Of a DNA stretch of 64,000 nt, positions 30,301 to 40,956 are shown one piece after another. Both the position numbers and the translations under genes were made by a program. Source of the stretch: an uncultured delta proteobacterium (GTDB taxonomy: Bacteria; Myxococcota; Myxococcia; Myxococcales; Myxococcaceae); assembly GCA_963713045.1 (NCBI GenBank), contig CAVQKE010000003.1, positions 672,001-736,000 on the forward strand, in the 5' to 3' direction. Within the stretch, counting starts at the first letter, position 1. Each line of letters begins with the position of its first letter. Below the pieces are notes generated by a model, which worked only from the letters and a program-made list of their open reading frames with translations, ran no database searches and was not told the DNA's origin.

Positions 30301-32583
30301 TTAGCGTGCGTGGCTGCGGCGCGCCACCTCCGGCCCCAGCACCCGCACCACGTCGCGCACCTCCCGCGCCCATCGGTCGTTGGGCGCAAGCTCCAAGTAG
30401 GTGCGGTAGGACTCCAGCGCCGGTGCGTACTGGCCGTTGAATTGTTGGGCGGCCCCGAGGAAAAGCCAGGCCCGGGGCCGCTTGGCGTCGGCGCGTACCA
30501 CGTCGGTTAACAGCTGGATGGCTTCAGCGTAGCTGCCGGAGCTCCCGCTCGAGTTGACGATGGCGCCCCCCAGCCCCTCCTTCGCCTCGAGCGAACTCGG
30601 CTGAATGGCGAGCGCCCGGCGGTATTGCACCGTCGCCGTCGCGAAGTCCCCTTTGTCCGTCGCGGCCGCTCCCTCCTCCAGGCAGTGGCGAAAATTGGCT
30701 TCGGGCGAGTCCGCAGCCGCCGCGCTTTCCGCCGACGGCCCGGGCTGGGTGGGGGAGGTGACTGCCAGAGCGCTGCTCAGTGCACTGGTGGCCGCAGCGG
30801 CCTCTGTTGGAGGCCCAAGGGGCGGCGCCACCGCAGCGACGGGCGGCGAGGCCCGGGACCACCACCAGAAGGCGGCCAAGGCGCCGACGGCCAGCACGGC
30901 CAGGACAAGAAGGGTGCTGCGACGGCGCTGGCGGCGCGCTGCCAGCGCGCGCTCCTCGTCCACCAAATGCGCCGCTTCCAGCGCTTCTTCCGCCGTCGGC
31001 CCAGGCGGCGTCGGCAATGCGGCGCCGGGCGGAGTGGACACGGACGGCGCGGGCGCCGGCAACGGTGCAGCCGGCACCCCCTCGGCTGGCGACTGCGCCT
31101 TGTTGCCGCTGGCCGGCACGTCCGGGTGGGCTGGGGCCTCGGGCGCTCCGCCGAAGCGCGACAAGACGTCCGGGGCGGCCGGCCCGTGCGGGGATGGTGC
31201 CGGCTTGGGCGAGGCGGGGACCAGGTTCGGCGGCGCCGTGGGCTTGGGCGCACGCGCCAGTGGGGCCGGCCCCCAGCCGGCCGTCGCCTCCCCGTGCCCA
31301 GCTTCGACCGTCCCCACCCCCAGCAGCTTTTGCTTGGCCTCCTCCATGGCACTCGGTGGCGGTGCCGCCTCGACGCGCACCGGCGGTGCCGGCGCCTCCC
31401 TCCCGGCGAAGTGCAGCACCCGGGCGCCGCGGGCGGCGGCGTCGGGCCCAGTCTCGGGCGGGCTGGCGCTGGCCGGCGGCCGCGGCATCGGCGGCAGCTC
31501 CGGCTCGGCGTTGGCCAACTCCGCCGCCAACGCCTCCAGCTCCGGACGGTCCAAGCCCCCCGGTGGCGGCGGAGGCGCAGTGGCGGGCCGGGACAGCCAC
31601 TCCTCGAAGGCCGGACGGGGCGCATCGGCTTCGCCTTCGGGTGGGATGCTTCCCAGCTCGCGAATCAGTCCCTCGAAGTACAGCTTGCAAATGATGCCGA
31701 GGGCAGCAAGGTCCTCGAAGTTGGAATCCTCCACCACCCGCGCCAGCGTCCGGCGTCCGTCGAAAAGGCGAAGCAGCGCATTCACCTCGTCCGGAATCTC
31801 GCTCAGCCGTTCTGCCAAGTGCCGGTAGTCAATCTCGAAGACGGTGTCCAGCGCCGGCAGCTGCTCCAGCATGCGCCCCCACTCGTCCAGCCGCCGCATG
31901 CCTTCCAACAGCAGCCCTTGGGTGGAGACTTCAATTCGGTCCGGGCGGTCGACTGGTTCGAATTGGACGTCAAACTTCCCCTCGAAGGTATTCAACATCC
32001 GGTAGAAGGCATTCTCCCCCAGCAGCTTGCCGAGCTCGGCGTCCACCACCCGCCCGTCGCGGAAGAAAATGGTGCCGGTGTGCTCGCCCTCGATGCTCAC
32101 CTTGCCCGTCTTGCGGCCCACTTCGAAGGTTTGCACCAAGTCCACCACGCCCATGTCCGCCAGGTTGCCGGAGAAGCCTCCCTTGGTCTCGCGCCGCTCG
32201 AACCGCTCGTCGGCCTTCTGCAAAATCATCTTCAGCCGGGTCACAATCTCTCGGATGTAGATGGGCTTGGTGAGGTAGTCCTCGCCCCCCAGCTCCAGCC
32301 CGCGCACCTTGTCCTCCAGCGCCTTCTCGCTGCTGAGGAAGACGAAGGGAATATTCACAAAGCGCGGGTCGGCCTTCATCCGCCGGCACAGTTCAAAGCC
32401 ATCCACTTCCTGCAGCCGGGTATCAGACAGCACCAAGTCCGGTGGACTAATTTGAAGCTTCTCCAGGGCGTCGCTGCCGTGGACGGCAGTGGTCACCTGG
32501 AAGCCAGCCTTTTTCAGGCTGACCTCCATCACCCGCAGGTTTTTTGCGTCTCCGTCCACCAGGAGCAGGTGCTGCTTGGCCAC
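30301..32583 (-). CDS. Receiver + DUF4388 + Pro-rich linker + TM + periplasmic TPR protein
   Basis: LLLVDGD..DLVLSD..DYLTKP receiver; [31 protein letters not shown]4388; TM; TPR-like C-terminus. Confidence 0.85.
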   Translation of the reverse strand: MAKQHLLLVDGDAKNLRVMEVSLKKAGFQVTTAVHGSDALEKLQISPPDLVLSDTRLQEVDGFELCRRMKADPRFVNIPFVFLSSEKALEDKVRGLELGGEDYLTKPIYIREIVTRLKMILQKADERFERRETKGGFSGNLADMGVVDLVQTFEVGRKTGKVSIEGEHTGTIFFRDGRVVDAELGKLLGENAFYRMLNTFEGKFDVQFEPVDRPDRIEVSTQGLLLEGMRRLDEWGRMLEQLPALDTVFEIDYRHLAERLSEIPDEVNALLRLFDGRRTLARVVEDSNFEDLAALGIICKLYFEGLIRELGSIPPEGEADAPRPAFEEWLSRPATAPPPPPGGLDRPELEALAAELANAEPELPPMPRPPASASPPETGPDAAARGARVLHFAGREAPAPPVRVEAAPPPSAMEEAKQKLLGVGTVEAGHGEATAGWGPAPLARAPKPTAPPNLVPASPKPAPSPHGPAAPDVLSRFGGAPEAPAHPDVPASGNKAQSPAEGVPAAPLPAPAPSVSTPPGAALPTPPGPTAEEALEAAHLVDEERALAARRQRRRSTLLVLAVLAVGALAAFWWWSRASPPVAAVAPPLGPPTEAAAATSALSSALAVTSPTQPGPSAESAAAADSPEANFRHCLEEGAAATDKGDFATATVQYRRALAIQPSSLEAKEGLGGAIVNSSGSSGSYAEAIQLLTDVVRADAKRPRAWLFLGAAQQFNGQYAPALESYRTYLELAPNDRWAREVRDVVRVLGPEVARRSHAR

Positions 32584-32764
32584 GCGCGTGCACCCATCCT
32601 TCATGCCCCCCCGGTTTTCGAAACAGTCCGCAGGAGAGGCGTTGTGCCCCCAGGATGATTGTGGGCGGCTGCACCGCCCGTCAACGTTTCCCCCTGGCCC
32701 GCAGGCGGCCTCCGGCCGGCCCAGCGCCTTGACACTCCGGCTGCCGACTGGTTGAGGGGAGAGT

Positions 32765-33100
32765 GTGAGTCGAGCCGACCAGCGCCGGCACGTCCGCCGC
32801 GCGCTCAGCGTAGAGTTTCGGGGCAAGGACGCCGGGGGCGAAGGCGAGCTGACCCTGGTGGGAGCCGACCTCTCCGCCGGCGGCACCTTCCTCCGCTGCG
32901 ACGTGCTGCTCGAGCCGGGGGAGACGCTGGCCCTCCAATTTCATCCGCCGGGCGCCACCGCGCCACTGTCGGCGCAGGCGCGAGTGGCCTGGGTGCGGCG
33001 CTTCGCCGAAGAGGGGACGCTTCCCGGGATGGGCATCGAATTTCTGGCCATGCCAGACGCTGACCGCCGCCTGTTGGAGGCAGCGCTCGGCGCGGGTTAG
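32765..33100 (+). CDS. Stand-alone PilZ-domain protein (myxobacterial type)
   Basis: RRHVR (RxxxR) and DLSAGG (DxSxxG); ARVAWVR..GMGIEF. Confidence 0.88.
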   Translation: MSRADQRRHVRRALSVEFRGKDAGGEGELTLVGADLSAGGTFLRCDVLLEPGETLALQFHPPGATAPLSAQARVAWVRRFAEEGTLPGMGIEFLAMPDADRRLLEAALGAG

Positions 33101-33135
33101 CCCGGGGTCAGCCCGTTCTGCGCCCGCACGCGTCT

Positions 33136-35934
33136 TCAGCGTGGCCGCTTGGCCGGTCCGCCGCGCTTGCGCATCTCAATCAGCCGCAACTCCTGGCTTG
33201 CTTCCAAGTGGCGTGGGTTGGCCTTGAGGGCTTCGCGGAAATGGCGCTCCGCCCGCTCGACGTCCCCTTCCACGCGGGCGATGACGCCCAGCTGGTAGTG
33301 GGCTCGGTCACACGCTGGGTCCTCCTTCAACGCGTCGACCATCATCGCCCGGGCCGCGGCGGCGTCGGACTTGCGGTTGGGGTCCATGTAAATGGCCCAG
33401 GCGCGCGCGGCCAGGACGTGGGCGCGGGGATAGAGGCGGTAGGCCTCGGCGAAGTGGGCCTCGGCTGCGGTGTGGTCTCGGCGGCGGAGCGCTGCCTCCC
33501 CGGCCCGGTAGGCCTCGGTTGCCTCGGCCTGGTCGCGCACTGGCCGTCCGCTGGCCAGCGCCGTCATCTCCTCGGCGTGCGCTGCCCGGCGCTGGTCGTC
33601 CTGGAGGTATTCCTGCGCCTCGCGCAGCGAGTCGAAGATGGCGGTGGCCTTCGGCACGAGGTCCGCCAGGGCCGGGGGGAGCCGGTCCGGGTGGAAGACT
33701 TTTACCAAGTCGAGAAACGCGGTCTTCACCTGCTCGCGGCTGGCTTCGAGGTGCAGGCCGAGAATGTCGAAGCGGTTGCGCTCGGCGGAGAGGCCTACGA
33801 AGCGCTCCTCAATCTGGCGCGCCAACCCTCGCTCGGCAGGCGTCTTGGGGCCGGGGCTGGTGGGAAGGGGGGCCGGCGTCGGCTCCAGCGGCGTGGCGCC
33901 CATGTTGCGCGGCGGCCGAGAAACCAGGGAGCCCAGGTTTTGAATGGCGCGCCGAAGCAGCCGCTGACGCCGCTCGCGGGCCGCCTCGCCTGGCACCCCG
34001 CCGGAGGGGGTGAGGGCCGGCGTCGCCTCGAAAGGCGGGGGCACAGGCTGCGGCGGCGCTTGGACGGGAGGCAGCGTCTCCATCTGCCAGTCGCCTGCGT
34101 CCGAGGCCTGCAAAATGGCGTCGACCGGGACGTCGGTCTGGGTGATGGGCTCGCCGGAGAGGCCCACCAAGGACGAGAGGTGTGCGTCCACGTTGGCCAA
34201 CGCCTCCTCGAAGGAAGCTGGCGCCGGCGCCGTTGCCGCAGGCTGTTGGACCAGGCGCCACAAGTCCTCGTCGGCGCTGCCCGTATCCGGCCCGAGGTGC
34301 AGGGGCGGCCGGGAGGCGGCTGGCGGCCGGCCCTCACTGGGCGCCTCCGGGCCGCGCAACGAGGAGGACACCACGCCCTCGGTGGCGGCCAGCCAAGTCT
34401 CGGCAGGGCCGGTCGCTCCAGCACGGCGCAGCGCCTCCGTCATCTCCTCCACCAGCGCCGCGGGACTTTGGGCCGCCGGTTGGGCTTCGGCGTCGGCAAA
34501 CAGAAGAATGGGCTCGACCGCTTCCCCCGCTGCCCACGGGCCGGGCACGGGGACGACTTCCACGCTTTCTGCTGCGTGCAGTAGGGTTTCGGAGGCGGCC
34601 CGCTCATCCCCTTCGGACCCCCAAATGGGGGTCGAGCCCCGCGGGCGGCGGCCGGTCTCGGGCAACACCTCCGCTTCGGAAAGCACCGGCGGCTCCAGCG
34701 CAGCGAACGGGCGAAGGGTGTCCCGCCGCTTGGGGGGGACGCCCTCCTCTGCACCCGGCGCCGGGATGATGACCGGTTCCTCGGTCTTGGTCCGTGCCGG
34801 CGGCGCGGCCTCCTCGCGCAGGGACTGAAACGTCTTCTCCGTGGTGGTGCGGCCGACGTCGGTGTGCGCCGCCACGGGCCGAAGCGAATTGGCCTCCAGC
34901 ACCGGGCCCACGGCGATGGCCTCGGCCGCGGTGAGACGGGGCACCTCTTCGGTGAGGGGGTGGGGGTAGGCCGGGTCGGTGGACTCGACGTGTGGAAGCG
35001 GGGCCAGGCCGGTGGCGGTTTCGCTGGCCGGGGCTTCCCGCACCACGGTATCCGCCATTGCGATTTCGAGGGGCGTGTCCCGGTGGGGCACGTTGGCTTG
35101 CGCCTGGCGCCAGGCGGCTTCCGCGGCGCGTGCCGCTTCCAGGGCGCGGCGCGCCTGCTCGGCGCGCCTCTTCTGTTCGGCCCGGCGTTCCTCCTCGGCG
35201 TTGCGCGCAGATTCAATGGCGGCCCGCGCCACGCTGCGCCGTGCCTCCTCCTCCGCGCGGCGCGCCTCGGTTTCGGCCTCCATCGCGACGCGCGCTTCCC
35301 AGCCCGCGGCGTCGAGAATTTCCACCCGCCCATCGTGCTGCAGCAACCGCAAAAGGGCCGCCTCGCCCAGCTGCAACTCGCCCGCCGGGTGGAAGGTCGC
35401 AAACCGCTCGAGCAATCCTCGTTCCTCCGGCTGCAGCAGCCAGCCGGCGCATTCCTCCACGTCTCGGCAGCACACCAGGGCGTCGGGTGGCAACGGGCCC
35501 AGCGTCTCGAAAGCGATGCGGACGGCGCGTGCGCCCGACACCCGCAGCACACCGGCGTCTACCAGCGCGGGCATGAAGGAGACGTCGCCGCCGTAGCTGA
35601 CCAGCCGGCGCACCGAGGCCAGCGTCTGCAGTTCCTCGGCGATGGCCGCATCGCCGCCACAGGCGGACAAAAGCGCCGGTGAGTCGGGCCCGGCCGCGCC
35701 GTCGGCCCACAGCGTGTCCAGCGTGGACAAGTCCACGGCCCCAACGCCGAGAAGCGCTTGGGCCAGCGTCTGGTGGCCAAAGCCGAGTCGCGCGCCGACC
35801 AGGTCCCCGGCTTGCAGGTACAGCCGGGCTTCGGCCCCGCGCGCGGCAAACGTCAACCAGCCGGTGGCGTGCTCGCGCGCGGCGCGGAAGAGGGCGTCCG
35901 CGGCCGGGGAGGGGAGGGAAGTGCGGGACTCCAT
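33136..35934 (-). CDS. Large J-domain/TPR protein
   Basis: FDILGL..ASREQVKTAF..LVKVFHPD (HPD motif); C-terminal TPRs; N-terminal DUF4388-like segment and coiled coil. Confidence 0.85.
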   Translation of the reverse strand: MESRTSLPSPAADALFRAAREHATGWLTFAARGAEARLYLQAGDLVGARLGFGHQTLAQALLGVGAVDLSTLDTLWADGAAGPDSPALLSACGGDAAIAEELQTLASVRRLVSYGGDVSFMPALVDAGVLRVSGARAVRIAFETLGPLPPDALVCCRDVEECAGWLLQPEERGLLERFATFHPAGELQLGEAALLRLLQHDGRVEILDAAGWEARVAMEAETEARRAEEEARRSVARAAIESARNAEEERRAEQKRRAEQARRALEAARAAEAAWRQAQANVPHRDTPLEIAMADTVVREAPASETATGLAPLPHVESTDPAYPHPLTEEVPRLTAAEAIAVGPVLEANSLRPVAAHTDVGRTTTEKTFQSLREEAAPPARTKTEEPVIIPAPGAEEGVPPKRRDTLRPFAALEPPVLSEAEVLPETGRRPRGSTPIWGSEGDERAASETLLHAAESVEVVPVPGPWAAGEAVEPILLFADAEAQPAAQSPAALVEEMTEALRRAGATGPAETWLAATEGVVSSSLRGPEAPSEGRPPAASRPPLHLGPDTGSADEDLWRLVQQPAATAPAPASFEEALANVDAHLSSLVGLSGEPITQTDVPVDAILQASDAGDWQMETLPPVQAPPQPVPPPFEATPALTPSGGVPGEAARERRQRLLRRAIQNLGSLVSRPPRNMGATPLEPTPAPLPTSPGPKTPAERGLARQIEERFVGLSAERNRFDILGLHLEASREQVKTAFLDLVKVFHPDRLPPALADLVPKATAIFDSLREAQEYLQDDQRRAAHAEEMTALASGRPVRDQAEATEAYRAGEAALRRRDHTAAEAHFAEAYRLYPRAHVLAARAWAIYMDPNRKSDAAAARAMMVDALKEDPACDRAHYQLGVIARVEGDVERAERHFREALKANPRHLEASQELRLIEMRKRGGPAKRPR

Positions 35935-35955
35935 AGGTGGCGTCTGGGCCCCACT

Positions 35956-36429
35956 CTAGCCGAGCTGGCGCAGCGCCTCATAAGTCCCGACGCCAGCGGC
36001 GGTGGAGAGGTTGAGGCTGCGCCGGCCTTCCAGCATCGGAATGCACACCGGTACCCCGTGGCTGCCCTGTAGCAGTCGCTCCGGTAGCCCGTCGGTCTCC
36101 GAACCGAAGACGAGGTGGTCTCCAGCTTGAAAGCGCATCTCCCACAGGGAGGCCGGCGCTTTCCCGGTGAAGAGAAACCGACGGGCCACGGGGTGTGCGG
36201 CGACGTAGGTGTCCCAGCTGGAGTACAGCCCGAGGAAGACGTGCTGCCAGTAGTCCAGGCCGGCGCGTTTCAGCTCCCGGTCGGCGATGGAGAAGCCGAG
36301 CGGCTCCACCAACAGCAGACGGCACCCCGTCACCGCGCACAGCCGGGCGATGTTGCCGGTGTTGGGCGGAATCTGCGGCGCCACCAGCACCAGGTGGAGC
36401 GGCGGGTCAAGGGGGCGAAGCACTGGCAA
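35956..36429 (-). CDS. trmL: tRNA (cytidine/uridine34-2'-O)-methyltransferase
   Basis: PQIPPNTGNIARLCA, LKRAGLDYW, FGSETDGLP, RSLNLS. Confidence 0.95.
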   Translation of the reverse strand: MPVLRPLDPPLHLVLVAPQIPPNTGNIARLCAVTGCRLLLVEPLGFSIADRELKRAGLDYWQHVFLGLYSSWDTYVAAHPVARRFLFTGKAPASLWEMRFQAGDHLVFGSETDGLPERLLQGSHGVPVCIPMLEGRRSLNLSTAAGVGTYEALRQLG

Positions 36430-36523
36430 AGCAAGCCCGACTCCTGAGGCCGACGCCAGTTTCTAGCCGGCGAGCGACAGGCTTTGCCCAGTAGCTGTGG
36501 CTTGGTAGCGTGGTTTGACGCAC

Positions 36524-37288
36524 ATGCGGATTGAGGTCGCCGGCCGCAGTCACGTTGGGATGAAGCGAAACCACAACGAGGACGCCTTCCTCGTCTTGGC
36601 GGACGAGCAGCTGTACTGCGTGGCGGACGGCATGGGCGGCCATGCCTCGGGCGAAATTGCCTCGCGCATCGCCGTTGAGGAACTGGAGGACTTCTACCGG
36701 CGCACCGCCAAGGACGCCGACCTCACCTGGCCCTTCAAGATGGACCGCACCCGCAACTACGAGGAGAACCGCCTGGCCACCGGCATCAAGCTGGCCAACA
36801 CCCGGATTTACGAGACCGCCGGCACCGACGCCAGCTACCGGGGCATGGGCACCACCATCGTCTCGCTGCACTTCGCCGACGAGGGCGTCTACGTGGGCCA
36901 CGTCGGCGACAGCCGCGCCTACTGCCTGCGGGCGGGCGCGCTGCGGCAGATGACCGAGGACCACTCCCTCCTCAACGACTACCTCAAGGCGAAGAAGCTG
37001 ACCGCCGAGGAGATTGACGCCTTCCCGCACAAGAACGTCATTGTGCGGGCGCTGGGCATGAAGGACACGGTGCAGGTCGACGTCGACCGCTTTGAGGTGA
37101 GTGACGGCGACGTCTTCTTGTTGTGCAGTGACGGGCTGTCGGGAATGGTGAACGACCAGGCCTTGGTGAGCACCGTCCAAGCCTCGAGCGACCTCGAGGC
37201 CAGCTGCACGCAGCTGATTGAGATGGCCAACGCCGCCGGCGGCAACGACAACATCACCTGCATTCTTCTGCGCTACAAAAGCGGCTGA
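36524..37288 (+). CDS. pph1: PP2C-family Ser/Thr phosphatase (Pph1-like, 254 aa)
   Basis: NEDAF, VADGMGGH, GMGTT, HVGDSRAY, LLCSDGLSGM, GGNDNIT. Confidence 0.85.
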   Translation: MRIEVAGRSHVGMKRNHNEDAFLVLADEQLYCVADGMGGHASGEIASRIAVEELEDFYRRTAKDADLTWPFKMDRTRNYEENRLATGIKLANTRIYETAGTDASYRGMGTTIVSLHFADEGVYVGHVGDSRAYCLRAGALRQMTEDHSLLNDYLKAKKLTAEEIDAFPHKNVIVRALGMKDTVQVDVDRFEVSDGDVFLLCSDGLSGMVNDQALVSTVQASSDLEASCTQLIEMANAAGGNDNITCILLRYKSG

Positions 37289-38304
37289 CGGCCCGCTGCG
37301 GCTGCCTCGAGGCGGCCGCCTTCCCAGAGGAGGACCTGCTGCAGCTGGCCCTCGGGCTGCGCGCCCTCGAGGAGGGCCGCATCGGCGATGCGGCTTCCGG
37401 CCGGCACGCGGACGCCCGGGCCGACGTAGACGTTGGGGCCCACCTCGGCGCCCGCTGCCACCACCGCCCCGGTGTCCAGGTAAACGGGCGGGTGCGCCGT
37501 TCCCTGAAGCATCGCCCCCGGGGCCTTCCACACGCCGGCTGCGCCGACTGCCCTGGCAAAGGGAGAGTGGCTGCCGAAGACGTCCGGGACGTCCCCCAAG
37601 AGCAGCGCCTTCTGCGCCTCGAGGTAGCCCCCGGGCGTTCCCACGTCCTTCCAGGCGGCCTGCACCACCGCGCCGCGGATGACCTCCCCCTGCTGAAGAA
37701 GCCGCGGGTAGACGTCGCGGTTGATGTCCTCCGGTCCCGCCTCGGCCATGGCCGAGAAAATCCTCGGAGACGCCAGATGCACGCCGGAGAAATGCCAGGG
37801 CAAAAGCGCCTCGCCCCCCGGCCCTCGCCCGGCAATGCGCCGCACCCGGCCCGCGGCGTCGGTGTCCACCGTGGCGTAGCTGGCGCCGGGCGGCATCGGC
37901 AAAAGCAGAAGCGTCGCTGCGGCGCCCCCTTGGCGCTGCGCCGCAAGCAGCGGCCCCAACTCAGGGGTAAAGAGAGCGTCCCCATTCCACACCAGGAAGC
38001 CGTCCTCGCCCTCCACCACCCGGCGTAGCCCGCGGATGCCGCCGGCGGTGCCTTGGATGACGCTTTCCTCGCTGAGGCTGAGGCGGAGGCCGAAGCGGGC
38101 GGCCTCGGCCTCAGCCACCTGGGCCATCCGGGCTGCCAGGTGGTGGGTGTTGAGCCCGAACTCCGTCACCCCGGCGCGCGCCAGCACGGCCAGGGTGTAG
38201 CGAAGCAGCGGCTGCCCCAACAGCGGGACTGCCGGCTTGGGCCAGCGGCTGGTGAGGGGCTGAAGCCGCGTCCCAAGCCCCGCCGCCAGCACCAAGGCCT
38301 TCAT
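37273..38304 (-). CDS. Sugar-phosphate nucleotidyltransferase (MurU-like)
   Basis: LAAGLGTRL.PLT..PKP, GTAGG, NGD, W.DVGTP; coupled to an AmgK-like kinase. Confidence 0.85.
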   Translation of the reverse strand: MKALVLAAGLGTRLQPLTSRWPKPAVPLLGQPLLRYTLAVLARAGVTEFGLNTHHLAARMAQVAEAEAARFGLRLSLSEESVIQGTAGGIRGLRRVVEGEDGFLVWNGDALFTPELGPLLAAQRQGGAAATLLLLPMPPGASYATVDTDAAGRVRRIAGRGPGGEALLPWHFSGVHLASPRIFSAMAEAGPEDINRDVYPRLLQQGEVIRGAVVQAAWKDVGTPGGYLEAQKALLLGDVPDVFGSHSPFARAVGAAGVWKAPGAMLQGTAHPPVYLDTGAVVAAGAEVGPNVYVGPGVRVPAGSRIADAALLEGAQPEGQLQQVLLWEGGRLEAAAAGRQPLL

Positions 38305-39341
38305 CCGAGTTCGGGGACGTACAGGGCAGCCACTCGGCGCAGCTCCTGCACTGGCCGGTCGTCGGACAGTCGCTCGAATGCCCGCCGGACGTAGGCCAGC
38401 GACTGCGGAATGTGCGGCAGAAAGCCTGGGTTGTGCTTCACCCGGTGGATGTATTCGAAGCGCGCGGCGTCCTTCAGCTTGCGCTGGACGGTGAGCAAGT
38501 CGAAAACCTGGCGGAAGCCTGCCGGGTCGGCGCGTTCGCCAAGGGCGCGGCTGAGCGCCTCTTGGTAGCGGCGCAGCAGGGCCTCCACCAGCTCCTCATC
38601 AAGGGCGACGTAGCTGTCGCGCAACAGCGCCACCAAGTCGTAGGCCCGCGGGCCCTGCAGCGCGTCCTGGAAGTCAATCACCACCACTTCGCCGTCCTTC
38701 ACCATCAGGTTTCGGCTTTGGTAGTCGCGGTGGGTGAAGCCACGCGGGGCCGCGGCCAGGCGGTGGGCAATGCTTTGGAAGCAGGCCTCCAACTTGGCAC
38801 CCTCGGCCGGGCTGGGCACCTTCCCGCTCCACGCCTCCAACCCCCACTGGCGGAAGTGGTGAAGCTCCCAAAGGTAGAGCTCCTCGTCGAAGGCGCGCTG
38901 AAAGGCAATGCTTTGAGGTTCCGGACTGGCCTCGGCCCGGGTGCGCAAACCGGCCAGCAGGTCCACCGCGGTGCGGTAGAGGCCCTCGGTGGCCGAGCCG
39001 CCGAGTGCCTTCTCCAGCGTCACGTCCCCCAAGTCCTCCAGCACCATCATCCCCGCCGGCTCGTCGTAGCGGACAATGGCCGGCACCCGGACGCCCAGCC
39101 GGCGCAGGTACCGCTGCACGTCGACGAAGGGCAGCTCCACGGGCACCGCCTTGCCGCTGGCCTCCTCACTGGCGCGTGCCGCCGGCGGCATCACCATCAC
39201 CACCACGCTGTCCGGCCAGGTGCCCACCCGAAAGTAGCTTCGGTTGCTGGCGTCGCCCTTCAGGGGGTGCACCGCCGCGGCGTCCTGCGGACGTCCGATG
39301 GCCCAAGCAACCTGGTCGCGCAAGGCGGCCTCGAGAGTCAT
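38301..39341 (-). CDS. APH-family phosphotransferase (AmgK-like anomeric MurNAc/GlcNAc kinase)
   Basis: GDASNRSYFR, LEDLGD, HRDYQSRNLM, IDFQDA..GP..YDLV.LLRD, QRKLK. Confidence 0.88.
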   Translation of the reverse strand: MTLEAALRDQVAWAIGRPQDAAAVHPLKGDASNRSYFRVGTWPDSVVVMVMPPAARASEEASGKAVPVELPFVDVQRYLRRLGVRVPAIVRYDEPAGMMVLEDLGDVTLEKALGGSATEGLYRTAVDLLAGLRTRAEASPEPQSIAFQRAFDEELYLWELHHFRQWGLEAWSGKVPSPAEGAKLEACFQSIAHRLAAAPRGFTHRDYQSRNLMVKDGEVVVIDFQDALQGPRAYDLVALLRDSYVALDEELVEALLRRYQEALSRALGERADPAGFRQVFDLLTVQRKLKDAARFEYIHRVKHNPGFLPHIPQSLAYVRRAFERLSDDRPVQELRRVAALYVPELG

Positions 39342-39560
39342 TCCCAGGCGCAGGAGGCTACACGGCCGGGTACCAGCGGGGCCACCTCAGGGCCTGCGCC
39401 GTTGCCCGGGGGGGGGGGTGGACCAAAAGCGGCGCAAACGGGGGTGGAAGTGGTCCGCACCCCGGGTGGCAGCTGCACAGAAGGCCCCACTGCCTGCAAA
39501 GTGACGGGGGCCCTGGTGGGCTTTGGGAGGCTCCCCTCGGTGGTACCTTCACGGACCACC

Positions 39561-40928
39561 ATGAATGTCCACTCCAGCATCCTCGCCGCCATTGGAAACA
39601 CGCCCCTGGTCCGACTCAACAAGTCGGTTGGTCCCGCGGACGCCGCTGTCTACCTTAAGTGTGAATTCATGAATCCCGGCGGCTCCATCAAAGACCGAAT
39701 GGCGCTCCACATTATTGAGAAGGCGGAGCGGGACGGAAAACTGAAGCCGGGCGGCACCATCGTCGAGAACACGTCCGGCAACACTGGAATGGGCATCGCC
39801 ATCGCCGCGGCCGTCAAGGGCTACCGCTGCATCTTCACCATGCCGGACAAGATGTCGATGGAGAAAATCAACCGCCTGAAAGCGTTTGGGGCGCAGGTGG
39901 TGGTGACGCCCACCAACGTGCCCGCCGAGAGTCCTGAAAGTTACTACGAAACCGCCAAGCGCATCGCCCGCGAGACGCCGGGCAGCTTCTACCTCAACCA
40001 GTACCACAGCCCGGACAACATCGAGGCGCACTACGTCAGCACCGGCCCCGAGATTTGGGAACAGATGGAGGGCGCCATCGACGTCTTCGTTGCCGGACTG
40101 GGCACCGGCGGCACCATGAGCGGGGCAGGCAAGTTTCTGAAGGAGAAGAAGCCCGAGCTGCGCAACGTGGGGGTGGACCCGGTGGGCAGCGTCTACCAGG
40201 GCTACTTCCAGACGGGGAAGCTGCCCCAGCCCCATGTCTACAAGGTGGAAGGCATTGGCGAGGACATGCTGTGCAAGGCGCTCGACTTCTCCGTCCTGGA
40301 CGAAGTGCGGCAGGTGGACGACCAGCAGTGCTTCAGCGCGGCCCGCCGCCTGGCCCGGGAGGAGGGCATTTTCGCCGGAGGAAGTTCGGGCGGCGCAGTC
40401 CACGTCGCCGTTGAACTGGCCAAGGAACTCGGCCGCGGCAAAAACATCGTCGTGGTGCTGACCGATACCGGCAACAGCTACATCAGCAAGTTTTATTCAG
40501 ATGAGTGGATGCGCGACAACGGCTTCGTCGTGGACGACAAGGGCTCCGGCCGGGTGGGTGACCTGCTCCGCGACCGGCAGCCCACGGTGTACTTCGCCCA
40601 GACTGGGCAGCGTGTCGACGAAGTGGTGGACGCCATGCGGCGGCACGGCATCAGTCAGATGCCGGTGAAGGACGCTGCCGGCCGCGCGGTGGGGATGATT
40701 CACGAATATGACTTGCTGAATGCACTGGTGGCCAAAACCCAGCGCTTCTCCGATGCCATCGACCCGCTGGTGGCGCCGCTGCAGGGCGTGGTCAGCCCGG
40801 AGGCCAGCCTCTCGGCGCTGCGCGACGTCTTCTCTCAGGACAACGTGGCGGTGGTGAAGGAGCGGGAACAGGTGGTGGCCATCATCACCAAGATTGACCT
40901 CATCGAATTCCTGGCGGCGCGGATGTGA
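39561..40928 (+). CDS. Cystathionine beta-synthase with C-terminal CBS pair
   Basis: IGNTPLV, NPGGSIKDR, TSGNTG, GTGGT, YKVEGIG, Y.SKFY..EWM, CBS domains. Confidence 0.92.
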   Translation: MNVHSSILAAIGNTPLVRLNKSVGPADAAVYLKCEFMNPGGSIKDRMALHIIEKAERDGKLKPGGTIVENTSGNTGMGIAIAAAVKGYRCIFTMPDKMSMEKINRLKAFGAQVVVTPTNVPAESPESYYETAKRIARETPGSFYLNQYHSPDNIEAHYVSTGPEIWEQMEGAIDVFVAGLGTGGTMSGAGKFLKEKKPELRNVGVDPVGSVYQGYFQTGKLPQPHVYKVEGIGEDMLCKALDFSVLDEVRQVDDQQCFSAARRLAREEGIFAGGSSGGAVHVAVELAKELGRGKNIVVVLTDTGNSYISKFYSDEWMRDNGFVVDDKGSGRVGDLLRDRQPTVYFAQTGQRVDEVVDAMRRHGISQMPVKDAAGRAVGMIHEYDLLNALVAKTQRFSDAIDPLVAPLQGVVSPEASLSALRDVFSQDNVAVVKEREQVVAIITKIDLIEFLAARM

Positions 40929-40956
40929 CGAAGCAGTCTACCGTAGGAGGTGCGAC

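Noticed and set aside
38412..39560. N-terminal 383 aa of the 838-aa ORF suggesting a CBS fusion
   Set aside because: Antisense to the amgK-like gene; the real CBS starts at ATG 39561
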